Shown here one piece after another: positions 1 through 11,204 of a stretch of DNA of 64,000 nucleotides. The first letter of the stretch is position 1. Each line of letters starts with the position of its first letter. The notes beneath the pieces were generated by a model. That model saw only the letters and a program-made list of their open reading frames with translations, ran no database searches and was not told the origin of the DNA. Source of the stretch: a bacterium (GTDB lineage Bacteria > SAR324 > JACQKK01); the NCBI GenBank assembly GCA_965240465.1, contig OZ251219.1, positions 1,344,001-1,408,000 of the forward strand. The letters run 5' to 3'. A program made the translations under genes and the position numbers.

Positions 1-56
1 AAAGCTGAGGGAGGCCTTGGTATCAAGCTTTTCGCGCCCATATCGGAGGATTACCT

Positions 57-3000
57 ATGAAAAGATTATCACTACTCTCGGCTGGTTGTATTCTGGCTCT
101 ATTTTTGGCTGGCTGCGGGGGTGGTAAAGATGTTGCCGACACCGATGGCGATGGCATCCCCGACGGCAAAGATACATGCCCCAACAGCCCCGAAGGCTTT
201 ACTAGCGATAAGAGTACCGACCACGACGGCGACGGCTGCCAAGACAGCGACGAAGATGACGATGACGACAATGATGGGGTCACCGATTTTGAGGCAAATG
301 GCACCACCCAGAAAGACCGATGCCCCAAAGGCAATTTATTTACCAGCAACAGTAGCACCGACTACGATGGCGACGGTTGCCAAGACGACACCACCGAAGA
401 TGGTAACCCCGACGGAGATGGTGACAGAAATTCAGTGGATGCCGATGACGACAACGATGAGGTGCTTGATGCTAGTGATAGATGTCCCAGAGGCAGTTTA
501 TTCACCAGCAACAGCAGAACCGACCACGATGGCGACGGTTGCAAAGATGACGACCCTGATGGAGAAGACGATGATGACGACAATGATAGGATCCCCGATT
601 TTGAGTCAGATGGCACCACCCAGAAAGACCAATGCCCCAAAGGCAGTTTATTCACCAGCAACAGAAGAACCGACCACGATGGCGACGGTTGCAAAGATGA
701 CGACCCTAATGGAGAAGACGAAGATGACGACAATGATGGGGTCAACGATTTTGAGTCAGATGGCACCCAGAAAGACCAATGCCTCAAAGGCAGTTTATTT
801 ACTAGCATAAGCACCAGCAATGATCCCACCGTAATCATCACCGACTTTGATGGTGACGGCTGCAAGGATGCTGGCGAAGACAAAGATGACGACAATGATA
901 CTATCCCAGATGCCCAAGACACAGAATGCCCTAAAACTCCCTTTGGCTCTGCCGATTACGATTCTGACGGCTGCGAAGACAGCAAAGACACCGATGACGA
1001 CGATGATGACGTACTAGACGGTGATGACGATTGCGACAGTAGCCGCATAGGCTTCACCAGCATAAGCACCAGCACTGACCCCACCGTAACCATCACCGAC
1101 TTTGATGGTGACGGCTGCGAGGATGCTGGCGAAGACAAAGATGACGACGATGATACTATCCCAGATGCCCAAGACACAGAATGCCCTAAAACTCCCTTTG
1201 GCTCTGCTGACTACGATGGCGACGGCTGCGAAGACAGCAAGGACACCGATGACGACGATGATAACGTACTAGACGGTGCTGACGATTGCGACAGTAGCCG
1301 CATAGGCTTCACCAGCATAAGAACCAGCACTGACCCCACCGTAACCATCACCGACTTTGATGGCGACGGTTGCGAAGACAGCACCGAAGACCCAGATGAT
1401 GACAATGATGGCGAAGACGACATCACTGATGTGGATGATGATAATAACGGCCTAATAGAAATTGCCAGTGCTACCGAGCTAAACAACATCCGCCATGATT
1501 TGGACGGCACTCACTATGATGATGGCACAAATGCTCCATCTAATATGGGCTGCCCTACTACTAATAATTCCGTAGGTTGCAAGGGCTACGAACTAGCTGG
1601 TGACATTGATCTTTCTTCCTTTGCCAACTTTGCTCCCATTGGTAGCGATAGCAATCATTTTACCGCTGTCTTAGAAGGCAATGATTATACCATCAGTAAC
1701 CTAAGCATTGCCACTGATTCCACCCTATACACGGGATTATTTGCGGTTTTGGGTACTTATAGCACGGTACGGAACTTGTCCTTTGCAAAAAGTACAACTG
1801 GTTCAGTTGCCAGTAGCAACAATGGTGGTGGTTATATTGATAGAAACAATCTAGGGGTTCTGGCAGGCGTAAATAATGGAACAATATCGGGTGTTTCTGT
1901 GACGGGGATATCGGTTTCTGCTGGCACGGGTGACTATGACTATGTGGGTGGCTTGGTAGGTTATAATGATGGTGGCACCATTCAAAATAGCTCTGCCACT
2001 GGCTCTGCCACTGGCAGTGATGGTGATGCTGACGTTGTGGGTGGCTTGGTAGGTTATAATGATGGTGGCATCATCGATAATAGCTATGCCACTGGCTCTG
2101 CCAAGGGCGGTGCCTATGTCGGTGGCTTGGTAGGTTATAATAATTATGGCACCATCGATAACAGCTCTGCCATTGGCTCTGCCACTGGCTCTGCCGCTTA
2201 CGGTAAACATGTGGGTGGCTTGGTAGGTAGGAATTATAGTGGCACCATTCAAAATAGTTATGCCACTGGCTCTGCCAAGAACGGTGGCTCTGTGGGTGGC
2301 TTGGCAGGTTCTAGTAGTAGTGGCACCATTCAAAATAGTTATGCCACTGGCAAAGCCATTGGCGGTACTGGTAATGACGAGGTGGGTGGCTTGGTAGGTT
2401 ATAATACTGGCACTATTCAAAATAGCTATGCCACTGGCGATACCACTGGCGATAACCATGTGGGTGGCTTGGTAGGTTATAATACTGGCACTATTCAAAA
2501 TAGCTATGCCACTGGCAAAGCCAAAGGCGGTGCTGGTAATGACAATGTGGGTGGCTTGGTAGGTTATAATAAAGACACCATCAGTAATAGCTATGCCACT
2601 GGCGATGCCAAGGGCGGTGCTGGTGATGACAAGGTGGGTGGCTTGGTGGGATATGCTAGTAATGAATATGGTTCTGCAACCATCAGAAATAGCCATGCCT
2701 TAGGTGATGTGGATGGGGGCGATGGAGGAGCCGATGAAGTGGGTCGTTTACTTGGCAAAAAAGGGGCTGGGTTAACAATTACCAGCAGCTATTATAATAG
2801 TGCGAGTGCCTTAGATAATGGCGAAACCATCCTAACCCTTCTAAACACCGAGGCGGTTGCCAAAACCAGCCTTCAACTAAAAGCCTTGACTGCTACCGAT
2901 ACAAGCTGGAGTACTAACGACTGGGATTTCACCGCTGGCAAATACCCCACTCTGAAATCTTATGAAGAAGATGCCAATGGTAACCGAATTCTCCCCAGTG

Positions 3001-3065
3001 AATTACTCTGTGGGCAGCCCGACCCTGGCTTTGTTCAGTGTCCTACGCCCCCCCCTACACCCTAG
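57..3065 (+). CDS. Surface lipoprotein, thrombospondin type 3-like Ca-binding repeats plus GLUG-motif repeats (array copy 1)
   Basis: 1002-aa ORF with GGAGG RBS and lipobox FLAG-C. About 435 aa of DxDGDGCxD/DDDNDGVxD-C repeats, then NNGLIEIA, 9 VGGL(V/A)G repeats and a C-terminal LLCGQP..FVQC. Confidence 0.85.
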   Translation: MKRLSLLSAGCILALFLAGCGGGKDVADTDGDGIPDGKDTCPNSPEGFTSDKSTDHDGDGCQDSDEDDDDDNDGVTDFEANGTTQKDRCPKGNLFTSNSSTDYDGDGCQDDTTEDGNPDGDGDRNSVDADDDNDEVLDASDRCPRGSLFTSNSRTDHDGDGCKDDDPDGEDDDDDNDRIPDFESDGTTQKDQCPKGSLFTSNRRTDHDGDGCKDDDPNGEDEDDDNDGVNDFESDGTQKDQCLKGSLFTSISTSNDPTVIITDFDGDGCKDAGEDKDDDNDTIPDAQDTECPKTPFGSADYDSDGCEDSKDTDDDDDDVLDGDDDCDSSRIGFTSISTSTDPTVTITDFDGDGCEDAGEDKDDDDDTIPDAQDTECPKTPFGSADYDGDGCEDSKDTDDDDDNVLDGADDCDSSRIGFTSIRTSTDPTVTITDFDGDGCEDSTEDPDDDNDGEDDITDVDDDNNGLIEIASATELNNIRHDLDGTHYDDGTNAPSNMGCPTTNNSVGCKGYELAGDIDLSSFANFAPIGSDSNHFTAVLEGNDYTISNLSIATDSTLYTGLFAVLGTYSTVRNLSFAKSTTGSVASSNNGGGYIDRNNLGVLAGVNNGTISGVSVTGISVSAGTGDYDYVGGLVGYNDGGTIQNSSATGSATGSDGDADVVGGLVGYNDGGIIDNSYATGSAKGGAYVGGLVGYNNYGTIDNSSAIGSATGSAAYGKHVGGLVGRNYSGTIQNSYATGSAKNGGSVGGLAGSSSSGTIQNSYATGKAIGGTGNDEVGGLVGYNTGTIQNSYATGDTTGDNHVGGLVGYNTGTIQNSYATGKAKGGAGNDNVGGLVGYNKDTISNSYATGDAKGGAGDDKVGGLVGYASNEYGSATIRNSHALGDVDGGDGGADEVGRLLGKKGAGLTITSSYYNSASALDNGETILTLLNTEAVAKTSLQLKALTATDTSWSTNDWDFTAGKYPTLKSYEEDANGNRILPSELLCGQPDPGFVQCPTPPPTP

Positions 3066-3225
3066 GCTGTTGAGGGCGAGGGGCTAATCCCCCCCGTGTC
3101 AGCTTCGGCAGGCTGTTAAAAACTTGACAACGCCCCCTCTGCTTGCTACGATAGAAAATGGCGATTTATCAAAGCTGAGGAAGACCTTGGTACCAAGCTT
3201 TTCGCGCCCATATCGGAGGATTACC
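3066..3225 (+). repeat. Conserved intergenic cassette of the lipoprotein array (also at 1-56 partial, 7432-7599, 11119-11271)
   Basis: Near-identical ~155-170 bp spacers: gagggcgagg(gg)ctaat-(C)n-gtg(c/t)cag...ttgacaacgccccctctgcttgct(a/g)cgat...gaggattacc, then ATG. Confidence 0.9.
3124..3152 (+). promoter_or_regulatory. Sigma70-type promoter TTGACA-N17-TACGAT with extended -10 TG
   Basis: TTGACA at 3124-3129, 17-bp spacer, TACGAT at 3147-3152. Confidence 0.7.
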
Positions 3226-6200
3226 ATGAAAAAACTATCACTACTCTCGGCTGGTTGTATTCTGGCTCTATTTTTGGCTAGCTGCGGGGGGAACAGTGGC
3301 GGTGGTGGTGGATCTGCTGATACCGACGGCGATGGCATCACCGACAGCAAAGATACATGCCCCAACAGCCCCGAAGGCTTTACTAGCGATAAGAGTACCG
3401 ACCACGACGGCGACGGCTGCGAGGATGCTGGCGAAGACATCGATGACGACAATGATCAGGTAGCCGACATTGCTGACGATTGCCAACCAAGCAAAAACTC
3501 CAACTTTATCAGCAATGCCAACACCGACTACGATTCTGACGGCTGCGAGGATGCTGGCGAAGACATCGATGACGACAATGATAGTGTCAACGATTTTGAG
3601 GCCGATGGCATCACCCAGAAAGACCTATGCCCCAAAGGCAATTCATTCACCAGCGACAGCACCAACGACTTTGATGGCGACGGTTGCAAAGATGACGACC
3701 CTGATGGAGAAGACGATGATGACGACAATGATACTGTCTCAGATGCCCAAGACACAGAATGCCCTAAAACTCCCTTTGGCTCTGCCGACTACGATGGCGA
3801 CGGCTGCGAAGACAGCAAGGACACCGATGACGACGATGATGGGGTCAACGATTTTGAGGCCGATGGCATCACCCAGAAAGACCAATGCCTCAAAGGCAGT
3901 TTATTTACCAGCGACAGCAACACCGACTACGATGGCGACGGTTGCAAAGATGACGACCCTAATGGAGAAGACGATGATGACGACAATGATAGTGTCAACG
4001 ATTTTGAGGCCGATGGCATCACCCAGAAAGACCTATGCCCCAAAGGCAATTCATTCACCAGCGACAGCACCAACGACTTTGATGGCGACGGTTGCAAAGA
4101 TGACGACCCTGATGGAGAAGACGATGATGACGACAATGATAATGTCTCAGATGCCCAAGACACAGAATGCCCTAAAACTCCCTTTGGCTCTGCCGACTAC
4201 GATTCTGACGGCTGCGAAGACAGCAAGGACACCGATGACGACGATGATGGGGTCAACGATTTTGAGATAGATGGCATCACCCAGAAAGACCTATGCCCAA
4301 GGGGCAATTCATTTACCAGCGACAGCACCAACGACTACGATGGCGACGGTTGCAAAGATGACGACCCTAATGGAGAAGACGATGATGACGACAATGATAG
4401 TGTCAACGATTTTGAGGCCGATGGCATCACCCAGAAAGACCTATGCCCCAAAGGCAATTCATTCACCAGCGACAGCACCAACGACTTTGATGGCGACGGT
4501 TGCAAAGATGACGACCCTGATGGAGAAGACGATGATGACGACAATGATAATGTCTCAGATGCCCAAGACACAGAATGCCCTAAAACTCCCTTTGGCTCTG
4601 CCGACTACGATGGCGACGGCTGCGAAGACAGCAAGGACACCGATGACGACGATGATGGGGTCAACGATTTTGAGATAGATGGCATCACCCAGAAAGACCT
4701 ATGCCCAAGGGGCAATTCATTCATCAGCGACAGCACCAACGACTTTGATGGCGACGGTTGCAAAGATGACGACCCTGATGGAGAAGACGATGATGACGAC
4801 AATGATAATGTCTCAGATGCCCAAGACACAGAATGCCCTAAAACTCCCTTTGGCTCTGCCGACTACGATTCTGACGGCTGCGAAGACAGCAAGGACACCG
4901 ATGACGACGATGATGGGGTCAACGATTTTGAGGCCGATGGCATCACCCAGAAAGACCAATGCCTCAAAGGCAGTTTATTTACCAGCGACAGCACCACCGA
5001 CTACGATGGCGACGGTTGCAAAGATGACGACCCTAATGGAGAAGACGATGATGACGACGATGATGGGGTCACCGATTTTGTTTCAGGCATCCAGAAAGAC
5101 CAATGCCTCAAAGGCAGTTTATTCACCAGCATAAGCACCAGCACTGACCCCGCCGTAATCATCACCGACTTTGATGGCGACGGCTGCGAGGATGCTGGCG
5201 AAGATAAAGATGACGACAATGATACTGTCCCAGATGCCCAAGACACAGAATGCCCTAAAACTCCCTTTGGCTCTGCCGACTACGATTCTGACGGCTGCGA
5301 AGACAGCAAGGACACCGATGACGACGATGATGGGGTCAACGATTTTGAGGCTGATGGCATCACCCAGAAAGACCAATGCCTCAAAGGCAGTTTATTTACC
5401 AGCGACAGCACCACCGACTACGATGGCGACGGTTGCAAAGATGACGACCCTAATGGAGAAGACGATGATGACGACGATGATGGGGTCACCGATTTTGTTT
5501 CAGGCATCCAGAAAGACCAATGCCTCAAAGGCAGTTTATTCACCAGCATAAGCACCAGCACTGACCCCGCCGTAATCATCACCGACTTTGATGGCGACGG
5601 CTGCGAGGATGCTGGCGAAGATAAAGATGACGACAATGATACTGTCCCAGATGCCCAAGACACAGAATGCCCTAAAACTCCCTTTGGCTCTGCCGACTAC
5701 GATGGCGACGGCTGCGAAGACAGCAAGGACACCGATGACGACAATGATGGGGTCAACGATTTTGAGGCCGATGGCATCACCCAGAAAGACCTATGCCCAA
5801 GGGGCAATTCATTTACCAGCGACAGCACCAACGACTTTGATGGCGACGGTTGCAAAGATGACGACCCTAATGGAGAAGACGATGATGACGACAATGATAC
5901 TGTCCCAGATGCCCAAGACACAGAATGCCCTAAAACTCCCTTTGGCTCTGCCGACTACGATTCTGACGGCTGCGAAGACAGCAAGGACACCGATGACGAC
6001 GATGACGGCAAAGACGATACTGCTGATGCCTGTCCTAGGGGTATAACTGGCATCGGAAATGACAAAGATGACGATGGCTGTGAAGATTCTGAAGACACCG
6101 ATGACGACAACAACGGTCTAATAGAAATTGCCACTGCTACCGAGCTAGACAACATCCGCTATGATCTGGACGGTAGCCACTATGATGACAATACAGGTAA

Positions 6201-7431
6201 TCCATCTAACGCGGGCTGTCCTACTACTAATAATCCCGTAGCTTGCAAGGGCTACGAACTAGCTGGTGACATCGATCTTTCTTCCTTTGCCAACTTTGCT
6301 CCCATTGGTAGCGATAGCAATCATTTTACCGCTGTCTTAGAAGGCAATGATTATACCATCAGTAACCTAAACATTGCCACTGATTCCACCCTATACACGG
6401 GATTATTTGCGATTTTGGGTACTGGTAGCAAGGTACAAAACTTGTCCTTTGCAGAAAGTACAACTGGTTCAGTTGCCAGTAGCAACAATAGTGGTGCTCT
6501 TTCTAATCCTAACCGTGTAGGGGTTTTGGCAGGCAGAAATAATGGAACAATATCGGGTGTTTCTTCTGGGATATCGGTTTCTGCCAGTGTGGGTACCTTT
6601 AACTATGTGGGTGGCTTGGTAGGTCAGAATTATATTAGTGGCACCATCCAAGATAGTTATGCCACTGGCGATGCCACTGGCAGTAATGGTAATCGGGATC
6701 GGGTGGGTGGCTTGGTAGGTTCTAATGAGAGTGGCACCATCGGTAATAGCTATGCCACTGGCGATGCCACTGACGGTAAAGATGTGGGTGGCTTGGTAGG
6801 TACTAATCTTGGCACCATCGGTAATAGCTATGCCACTGGCTCTGCCAAGGGCGGTGCTGGGGATGACTCTGTGGGTGGCTTGGTAGGTGGGAATAGAAGT
6901 GGCATTCTTGGTGGTGCCACCATCAAAAATAGTTATGCCACTGGCTCTGCCGATGGCGGTGCTGGTAATGACTCTGTCGGTGGCTTGGTGGGAGATACTA
7001 ATAATCGATATGGTTCTGTAACCATCGGTAACAGCTATGCCTTAGGCAAGGTGGATGGGGGCGATGGAGCCGATGAAGTGGGACGCTTGCTTGGCAAAAA
7101 AGGTACTGGGAATTATACAATTATCAGCAACTATTATAATAGTGAGAGTGACTTAGATAATGGCGAAACCATCCTAATCCTTGAAAACACCGAGGCGGTT
7201 GCCAAAACCCGCGATGAACTAAAAGCCTTGACTGCCACCGATACCGAAGATGACTTTGCAGGCGACAATAACGGCTGGAGTGCTGACGACTGGGATTTCA
7301 CGGATGATTTCTACCCCAGCCTGAAATCTTATGAAGAAGATGCCAATGGTAACCGAGTTATCCCCAGTGAATTACTCTGTAACCAACCCACCGATTTCGT
7401 TCAGTGTCCTACGCCTCCCCCTACACCCTAG
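3226..7431 (+). CDS. Surface lipoprotein, TSP3-like repeats plus GLUG repeats (array copy 2)
   Basis: Start moved to ATG 3226 (RBS ggagga; MKKLSLLSAGCILALFLAS-C matches the paralogs). About 930-aa acidic stalk with near-exact internal 408- and 417-bp duplications, and 5 VGGLVG repeats. Confidence 0.85.
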   Translation: MKKLSLLSAGCILALFLASCGGNSGGGGGSADTDGDGITDSKDTCPNSPEGFTSDKSTDHDGDGCEDAGEDIDDDNDQVADIADDCQPSKNSNFISNANTDYDSDGCEDAGEDIDDDNDSVNDFEADGITQKDLCPKGNSFTSDSTNDFDGDGCKDDDPDGEDDDDDNDTVSDAQDTECPKTPFGSADYDGDGCEDSKDTDDDDDGVNDFEADGITQKDQCLKGSLFTSDSNTDYDGDGCKDDDPNGEDDDDDNDSVNDFEADGITQKDLCPKGNSFTSDSTNDFDGDGCKDDDPDGEDDDDDNDNVSDAQDTECPKTPFGSADYDSDGCEDSKDTDDDDDGVNDFEIDGITQKDLCPRGNSFTSDSTNDYDGDGCKDDDPNGEDDDDDNDSVNDFEADGITQKDLCPKGNSFTSDSTNDFDGDGCKDDDPDGEDDDDDNDNVSDAQDTECPKTPFGSADYDGDGCEDSKDTDDDDDGVNDFEIDGITQKDLCPRGNSFISDSTNDFDGDGCKDDDPDGEDDDDDNDNVSDAQDTECPKTPFGSADYDSDGCEDSKDTDDDDDGVNDFEADGITQKDQCLKGSLFTSDSTTDYDGDGCKDDDPNGEDDDDDDDGVTDFVSGIQKDQCLKGSLFTSISTSTDPAVIITDFDGDGCEDAGEDKDDDNDTVPDAQDTECPKTPFGSADYDSDGCEDSKDTDDDDDGVNDFEADGITQKDQCLKGSLFTSDSTTDYDGDGCKDDDPNGEDDDDDDDGVTDFVSGIQKDQCLKGSLFTSISTSTDPAVIITDFDGDGCEDAGEDKDDDNDTVPDAQDTECPKTPFGSADYDGDGCEDSKDTDDDNDGVNDFEADGITQKDLCPRGNSFTSDSTNDFDGDGCKDDDPNGEDDDDDNDTVPDAQDTECPKTPFGSADYDSDGCEDSKDTDDDDDGKDDTADACPRGITGIGNDKDDDGCEDSEDTDDDNNGLIEIATATELDNIRYDLDGSHYDDNTGNPSNAGCPTTNNPVACKGYELAGDIDLSSFANFAPIGSDSNHFTAVLEGNDYTISNLNIATDSTLYTGLFAILGTGSKVQNLSFAESTTGSVASSNNSGALSNPNRVGVLAGRNNGTISGVSSGISVSASVGTFNYVGGLVGQNYISGTIQDSYATGDATGSNGNRDRVGGLVGSNESGTIGNSYATGDATDGKDVGGLVGTNLGTIGNSYATGSAKGGAGDDSVGGLVGGNRSGILGGATIKNSYATGSADGGAGNDSVGGLVGDTNNRYGSVTIGNSYALGKVDGGDGADEVGRLLGKKGTGNYTIISNYYNSESDLDNGETILILENTEAVAKTRDELKALTATDTEDDFAGDNNGWSADDWDFTDDFYPSLKSYEEDANGNRVIPSELLCNQPTDFVQCPTPPPTP

Positions 7432-7496
7432 GCTGTTGAGGGCGAGGGGCTAATCCCCCCCCCCCCCCGTGCCAGATTCGGCAGGCTGTTAAAAAC

Positions 7497-7525
7497 TTGA
7501 CAACGCCCCCTCTGCTTGCTACGAT
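7497..7525 (+). promoter_or_regulatory. Sigma70-type promoter TTGACA-N17-TACGAT
   Basis: Identical to the element at 3124-3152. Confidence 0.7.
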
Positions 7526-7599
7526 AGAGAATGGCGATTTCTCAAAGCTGAGGAAGGCCTTGGTATCAAGCCTTTCGTACCCATATCAGAGGATTACCG

Positions 7600-10500
7600 A
7601 TGAAAAAACTATCACTACTCTCGGCTGGTTGTATTCTGGCTCTATTTTTGGCTAGCTGCGGGGGTGGTGGTAAAGATGTTGCCGACACCGACACCGATGG
7701 CGATGGCATCACCGACAGCAAAGATACATGCCCCAACAGCTCCGAAGGCTTTACTAGCGATAAGAGTACCGACCACGACGGCGACGGCTGCCAAGACAGC
7801 GACGAAGATGACGATGACGACAATGATGGGGTCAACGATTTTGAGGCCGATGGCATCACCCAGAAAGACCAATGCCCAAGGGGCAATTCATTTACCAGCG
7901 ACAGCAGCACCGACCACGATGGCGACGGTTGCAAAGATGACGACCCCGATGGAGAAGACGATGATGACGACAATGATAGTATCCTCGATTTTGAGATAGA
8001 TGGCATCACCCAGAAAGACCTATGCCCCAAAGGCAATTCATTCACCAGCGACAGCACCAACGACTTTGATGGCGACGGTTGCAAAGATGACGACCCTGAT
8101 GGAGAAGACGATGATGACGACAATGATACTGTCTCAGATGCCCAAGACACAGAATGCCCTAAAACTCCCTTTGGCTCTGCCGACTACGATTCTGACGGCT
8201 GCGAAGACAGCAAGGACACCGATGACGACGATGATGGGGTCAACGATTTTGAGGCCGATGGCATCACCCAGAAAGACCAATGCCTCAAAGGCAGTTTATT
8301 TACCAGCGACAGCACCACCGACTACGATGGCGACGGTTGCAAAGATGACGACCCTAATGGAGAAGACGATGATGACGACAATGATAGTGTCAACGATTTT
8401 GAGGCCGATGGCATCACCCAGAAAGACCTATGCCCCAAAGGCAATTCATTTACCAGCGACAGCACCAACGACTACGATGGCGACGGTTGCAAAGATGACG
8501 ACCCTGATGGAGAAGACACCGATGACGACAATGATGGAGTCACCGATTTTGAGTCAAATGGCACCCAGAAAGACCTATGTCTCAAAGGCAGTTTATTCAC
8601 CAGCAGTAGCAGCACCGACAACGATGGCGACGGTTGCAAAGATGACGACCCTGATGGAGAAGACGATGATGACGACAATGATGGAGTCACCGATTTTGTT
8701 TTAGGCACCACCACCCCAAAAGACCAATGCCCTTTTGATGGCTTCACTAGCGATGTTAATCAAGACGGCTGCGAAGACTCCACTACCGATAGCGATAATG
8801 ATGGGATCAACGGTGTCGGTACAGACGGTAGTGCTAACGATAAATGCCCTTTTGCAGACTTCACTACCGATGATAATCAAGACGGCTGCGAAGACTCCAC
8901 CACCGATAGCGATGGTGATAATGTCAACGGTGTCGGTGCAGACGGTAGTGCTAACGATAAATGCCCTTTTGCAGACTTCACCACCGATGATAATCAAGAC
9001 GGCTGCGAAGACTCCACTACCGATAGCGATAATGATGGGATCAACGGTGTCGGTACAGACGGCATTGCTAACGATAAATGCCCTTTTGCAGACTTCACCA
9101 CCGATGATAATCAAGACGGCTGCGAAGACTCCACCACCGATAGCGATGGTGATAATGTCAACGGTGTCGGTGCAGACGGTAGTGCTAACGATAAATGCCC
9201 TTTTGCAGACTTCACCACCGATGTTAATCAAGACGGCTGCGAAGACTCCACCTACGATAGCGATGGTGATGGCGTAAAAGACAATAAAGACAAATGCATA
9301 GTAAGCCTAGACACCAACTTTATCAGCGACGCCGCCATCAACGACTACGATGGCGACGGTTGCAAAGATGACGACCCTAATGGAGAAGACGATGATAGCG
9401 ACGATGATGGGGTCATAGATTTTGTTTCAGGCATCCAGAAAGACCAATGCCTCAAAGGTAGTTTATTCACCAGCGACAGCAGCACCGACTACGATGGCGA
9501 CGGTTGCCGAGACCAAGATGAAGACAATGATGACAATGGTGATGGCAATGTTGATACCGATGAAGATCAAGATGGATTTGGCGATGCGGTAGACATAGAT
9601 GACGACAACGACGGTCTAATAGAAATTGCCACTGCTACCGAGCTAAACAACATCCGCCATGATTTGGACGGCACTAGCTATAATGATGGCACGAATGCTC
9701 CATCTAATGCGGGCTGTCCCAGCACAGGTTGCAATGGCTACGAACTAGCTGGCAACATTGATCTTTCTTCCATTACCAACTTTGTTCCCATTGGTAGCCT
9801 ATCCAATCCTTTTTCTGCTACCTTAGAAGGCAATGATTACACCATCAGTGACCTAAACATTGCCACTGGTTCCACCCTATACACGGGATTCTTTGCGGTT
9901 CTGGATACTGGTAGCAAGGTACAAAACTTGTCCTTTGCCAGTAGCAACAATAGTGGTAATAGCAAGTATGTAGGGGTTCTGGCAGGCAGAAATAATGGAA
10001 CAATATCGGATGTTTCTGTGACGGGGATATCGGTTTCTTCTGGCGCAGGTAGCCATGACTCTGTGGGTGGCTTGGTGGGTGATAATAGTGGCACCATCGG
10101 TAACAGCTCTGCCACTGGCTCTGCCAATGGCGGTAATGGTTATCTTGATAATGTGGGTGGCTTGGTAGGTACTAATAGTGGCACCATTCAAAATAGCTCT
10201 GCCAATAGCCCTGCCAATGGCGGTGGTGATGATAGTGATAATGTGGGTGGCTTGGTGGGTGATAATAGTGGCACCATCGGTAACAGCTCTGCCAATGGCT
10301 CTGCCAGTGGCGGTGGTGGTGATTATGATATTGCGGGTGGCCTGGTAGGTTCTAATAGTGGCACTATTCAAAACAGCTCTGCCAATGGCTCTGCCAGTGG
10401 CGGTGGTGGTGATTATGATTTTGTGGGTGGCTTGGTAGGTTCTAATAGTGGCACTATTAAAAACAGCTCTGCCAATGGCTCTACCAATGACGATGGCAGT

Positions 10501-11118
10501 ACTGGTGATTATTATAGTGTGGGTGGCTTGGTGGGTGATAATAGTGGCACCATCGGTAATAGCTTTGCCACTGGCACTGCTAATGGCGGTGCTGATAGTG
10601 ACAAGGTGGGTGGCTTGGTAGGTACTAATAATGGCTTCATCGGTAATAGCTATGCCACTGGCACTGCTAATGGCGGTGCTGGTGGTGACAGGGTGGGTGG
10701 CTTAGTGGGACATACTAGTAATCGATATGGTTCTGCAACCATCAGAAATAGCCATGCCTTAGGCGATGTGGATGGGGGTGGTGGATATGACTATGTGGGT
10801 CGCTTGCTTGGCGTGAAAGAGGTTATTGGGAATACTTATACAATTACAATTACCAGCAGCTATTATAATAGTGAGAGTGCCTTAGATAATGGCGAAACCA
10901 TCCTAAACCTTCCAGTTGCCGAGGCTAAAGGCAAAACCCTTGCTCAACTAAAAGCCTTAGATGCCACCGATACCGAAGATGACTTTGCAGGCGACAATAA
11001 CGGCTGGAGTACTGACGACTGGCAGTTCACCGCTGGCAAATACCCCACTCTAAAAGTTGATGGCAATCTACTCTGTGGGCAGCCCGACCCTGATTTCGTT
11101 CAGTGTCCTACACCCTAG
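7600..11118 (+). CDS. Surface lipoprotein, TSP3-like repeats plus GLUG repeats (array copy 3)
   Basis: 1172 aa with lipobox LAS-C. About 640-aa stalk including a 39-aa (117-bp) unit (CPFADFTTDDNQDGCEDSTTDSD...NDK) in about 4 copies, and 8 GGLVG repeats. Confidence 0.85.
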   Translation: MKKLSLLSAGCILALFLASCGGGGKDVADTDTDGDGITDSKDTCPNSSEGFTSDKSTDHDGDGCQDSDEDDDDDNDGVNDFEADGITQKDQCPRGNSFTSDSSTDHDGDGCKDDDPDGEDDDDDNDSILDFEIDGITQKDLCPKGNSFTSDSTNDFDGDGCKDDDPDGEDDDDDNDTVSDAQDTECPKTPFGSADYDSDGCEDSKDTDDDDDGVNDFEADGITQKDQCLKGSLFTSDSTTDYDGDGCKDDDPNGEDDDDDNDSVNDFEADGITQKDLCPKGNSFTSDSTNDYDGDGCKDDDPDGEDTDDDNDGVTDFESNGTQKDLCLKGSLFTSSSSTDNDGDGCKDDDPDGEDDDDDNDGVTDFVLGTTTPKDQCPFDGFTSDVNQDGCEDSTTDSDNDGINGVGTDGSANDKCPFADFTTDDNQDGCEDSTTDSDGDNVNGVGADGSANDKCPFADFTTDDNQDGCEDSTTDSDNDGINGVGTDGIANDKCPFADFTTDDNQDGCEDSTTDSDGDNVNGVGADGSANDKCPFADFTTDVNQDGCEDSTYDSDGDGVKDNKDKCIVSLDTNFISDAAINDYDGDGCKDDDPNGEDDDSDDDGVIDFVSGIQKDQCLKGSLFTSDSSTDYDGDGCRDQDEDNDDNGDGNVDTDEDQDGFGDAVDIDDDNDGLIEIATATELNNIRHDLDGTSYNDGTNAPSNAGCPSTGCNGYELAGNIDLSSITNFVPIGSLSNPFSATLEGNDYTISDLNIATGSTLYTGFFAVLDTGSKVQNLSFASSNNSGNSKYVGVLAGRNNGTISDVSVTGISVSSGAGSHDSVGGLVGDNSGTIGNSSATGSANGGNGYLDNVGGLVGTNSGTIQNSSANSPANGGGDDSDNVGGLVGDNSGTIGNSSANGSASGGGGDYDIAGGLVGSNSGTIQNSSANGSASGGGGDYDFVGGLVGSNSGTIKNSSANGSTNDDGSTGDYYSVGGLVGDNSGTIGNSFATGTANGGADSDKVGGLVGTNNGFIGNSYATGTANGGAGGDRVGGLVGHTSNRYGSATIRNSHALGDVDGGGGYDYVGRLLGVKEVIGNTYTITITSSYYNSESALDNGETILNLPVAEAKGKTLAQLKALDATDTEDDFAGDNNGWSTDDWQFTAGKYPTLKVDGNLLCGQPDPDFVQCPTP

Positions 11119-11175
11119 GCTGTTGAGGGCGAGGCTAATCCCCCCCCGTGCCAGCTTCGGCAGGCTGTCTTAAAC

Positions 11176-11204
11176 TTGACAACGCCCCCTCTGCTTGCTG
11201 CGAT
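11176..11204 (+). promoter_or_regulatory. Sigma70-type promoter variant TTGACA-N17-TGCGAT
   Basis: Same cassette, but the -10 box has A->G at its second position, so it is predicted to be weaker. Confidence 0.5.

Noticed and set aside
3124-3225. N-terminal extensions MTTPPLL... of the ORFs starting at 3124 and 11176
   Set aside because: The TTG is the -35 box of the promoter cassette; the signal peptides and RBS place the starts at 3226 and 11272.
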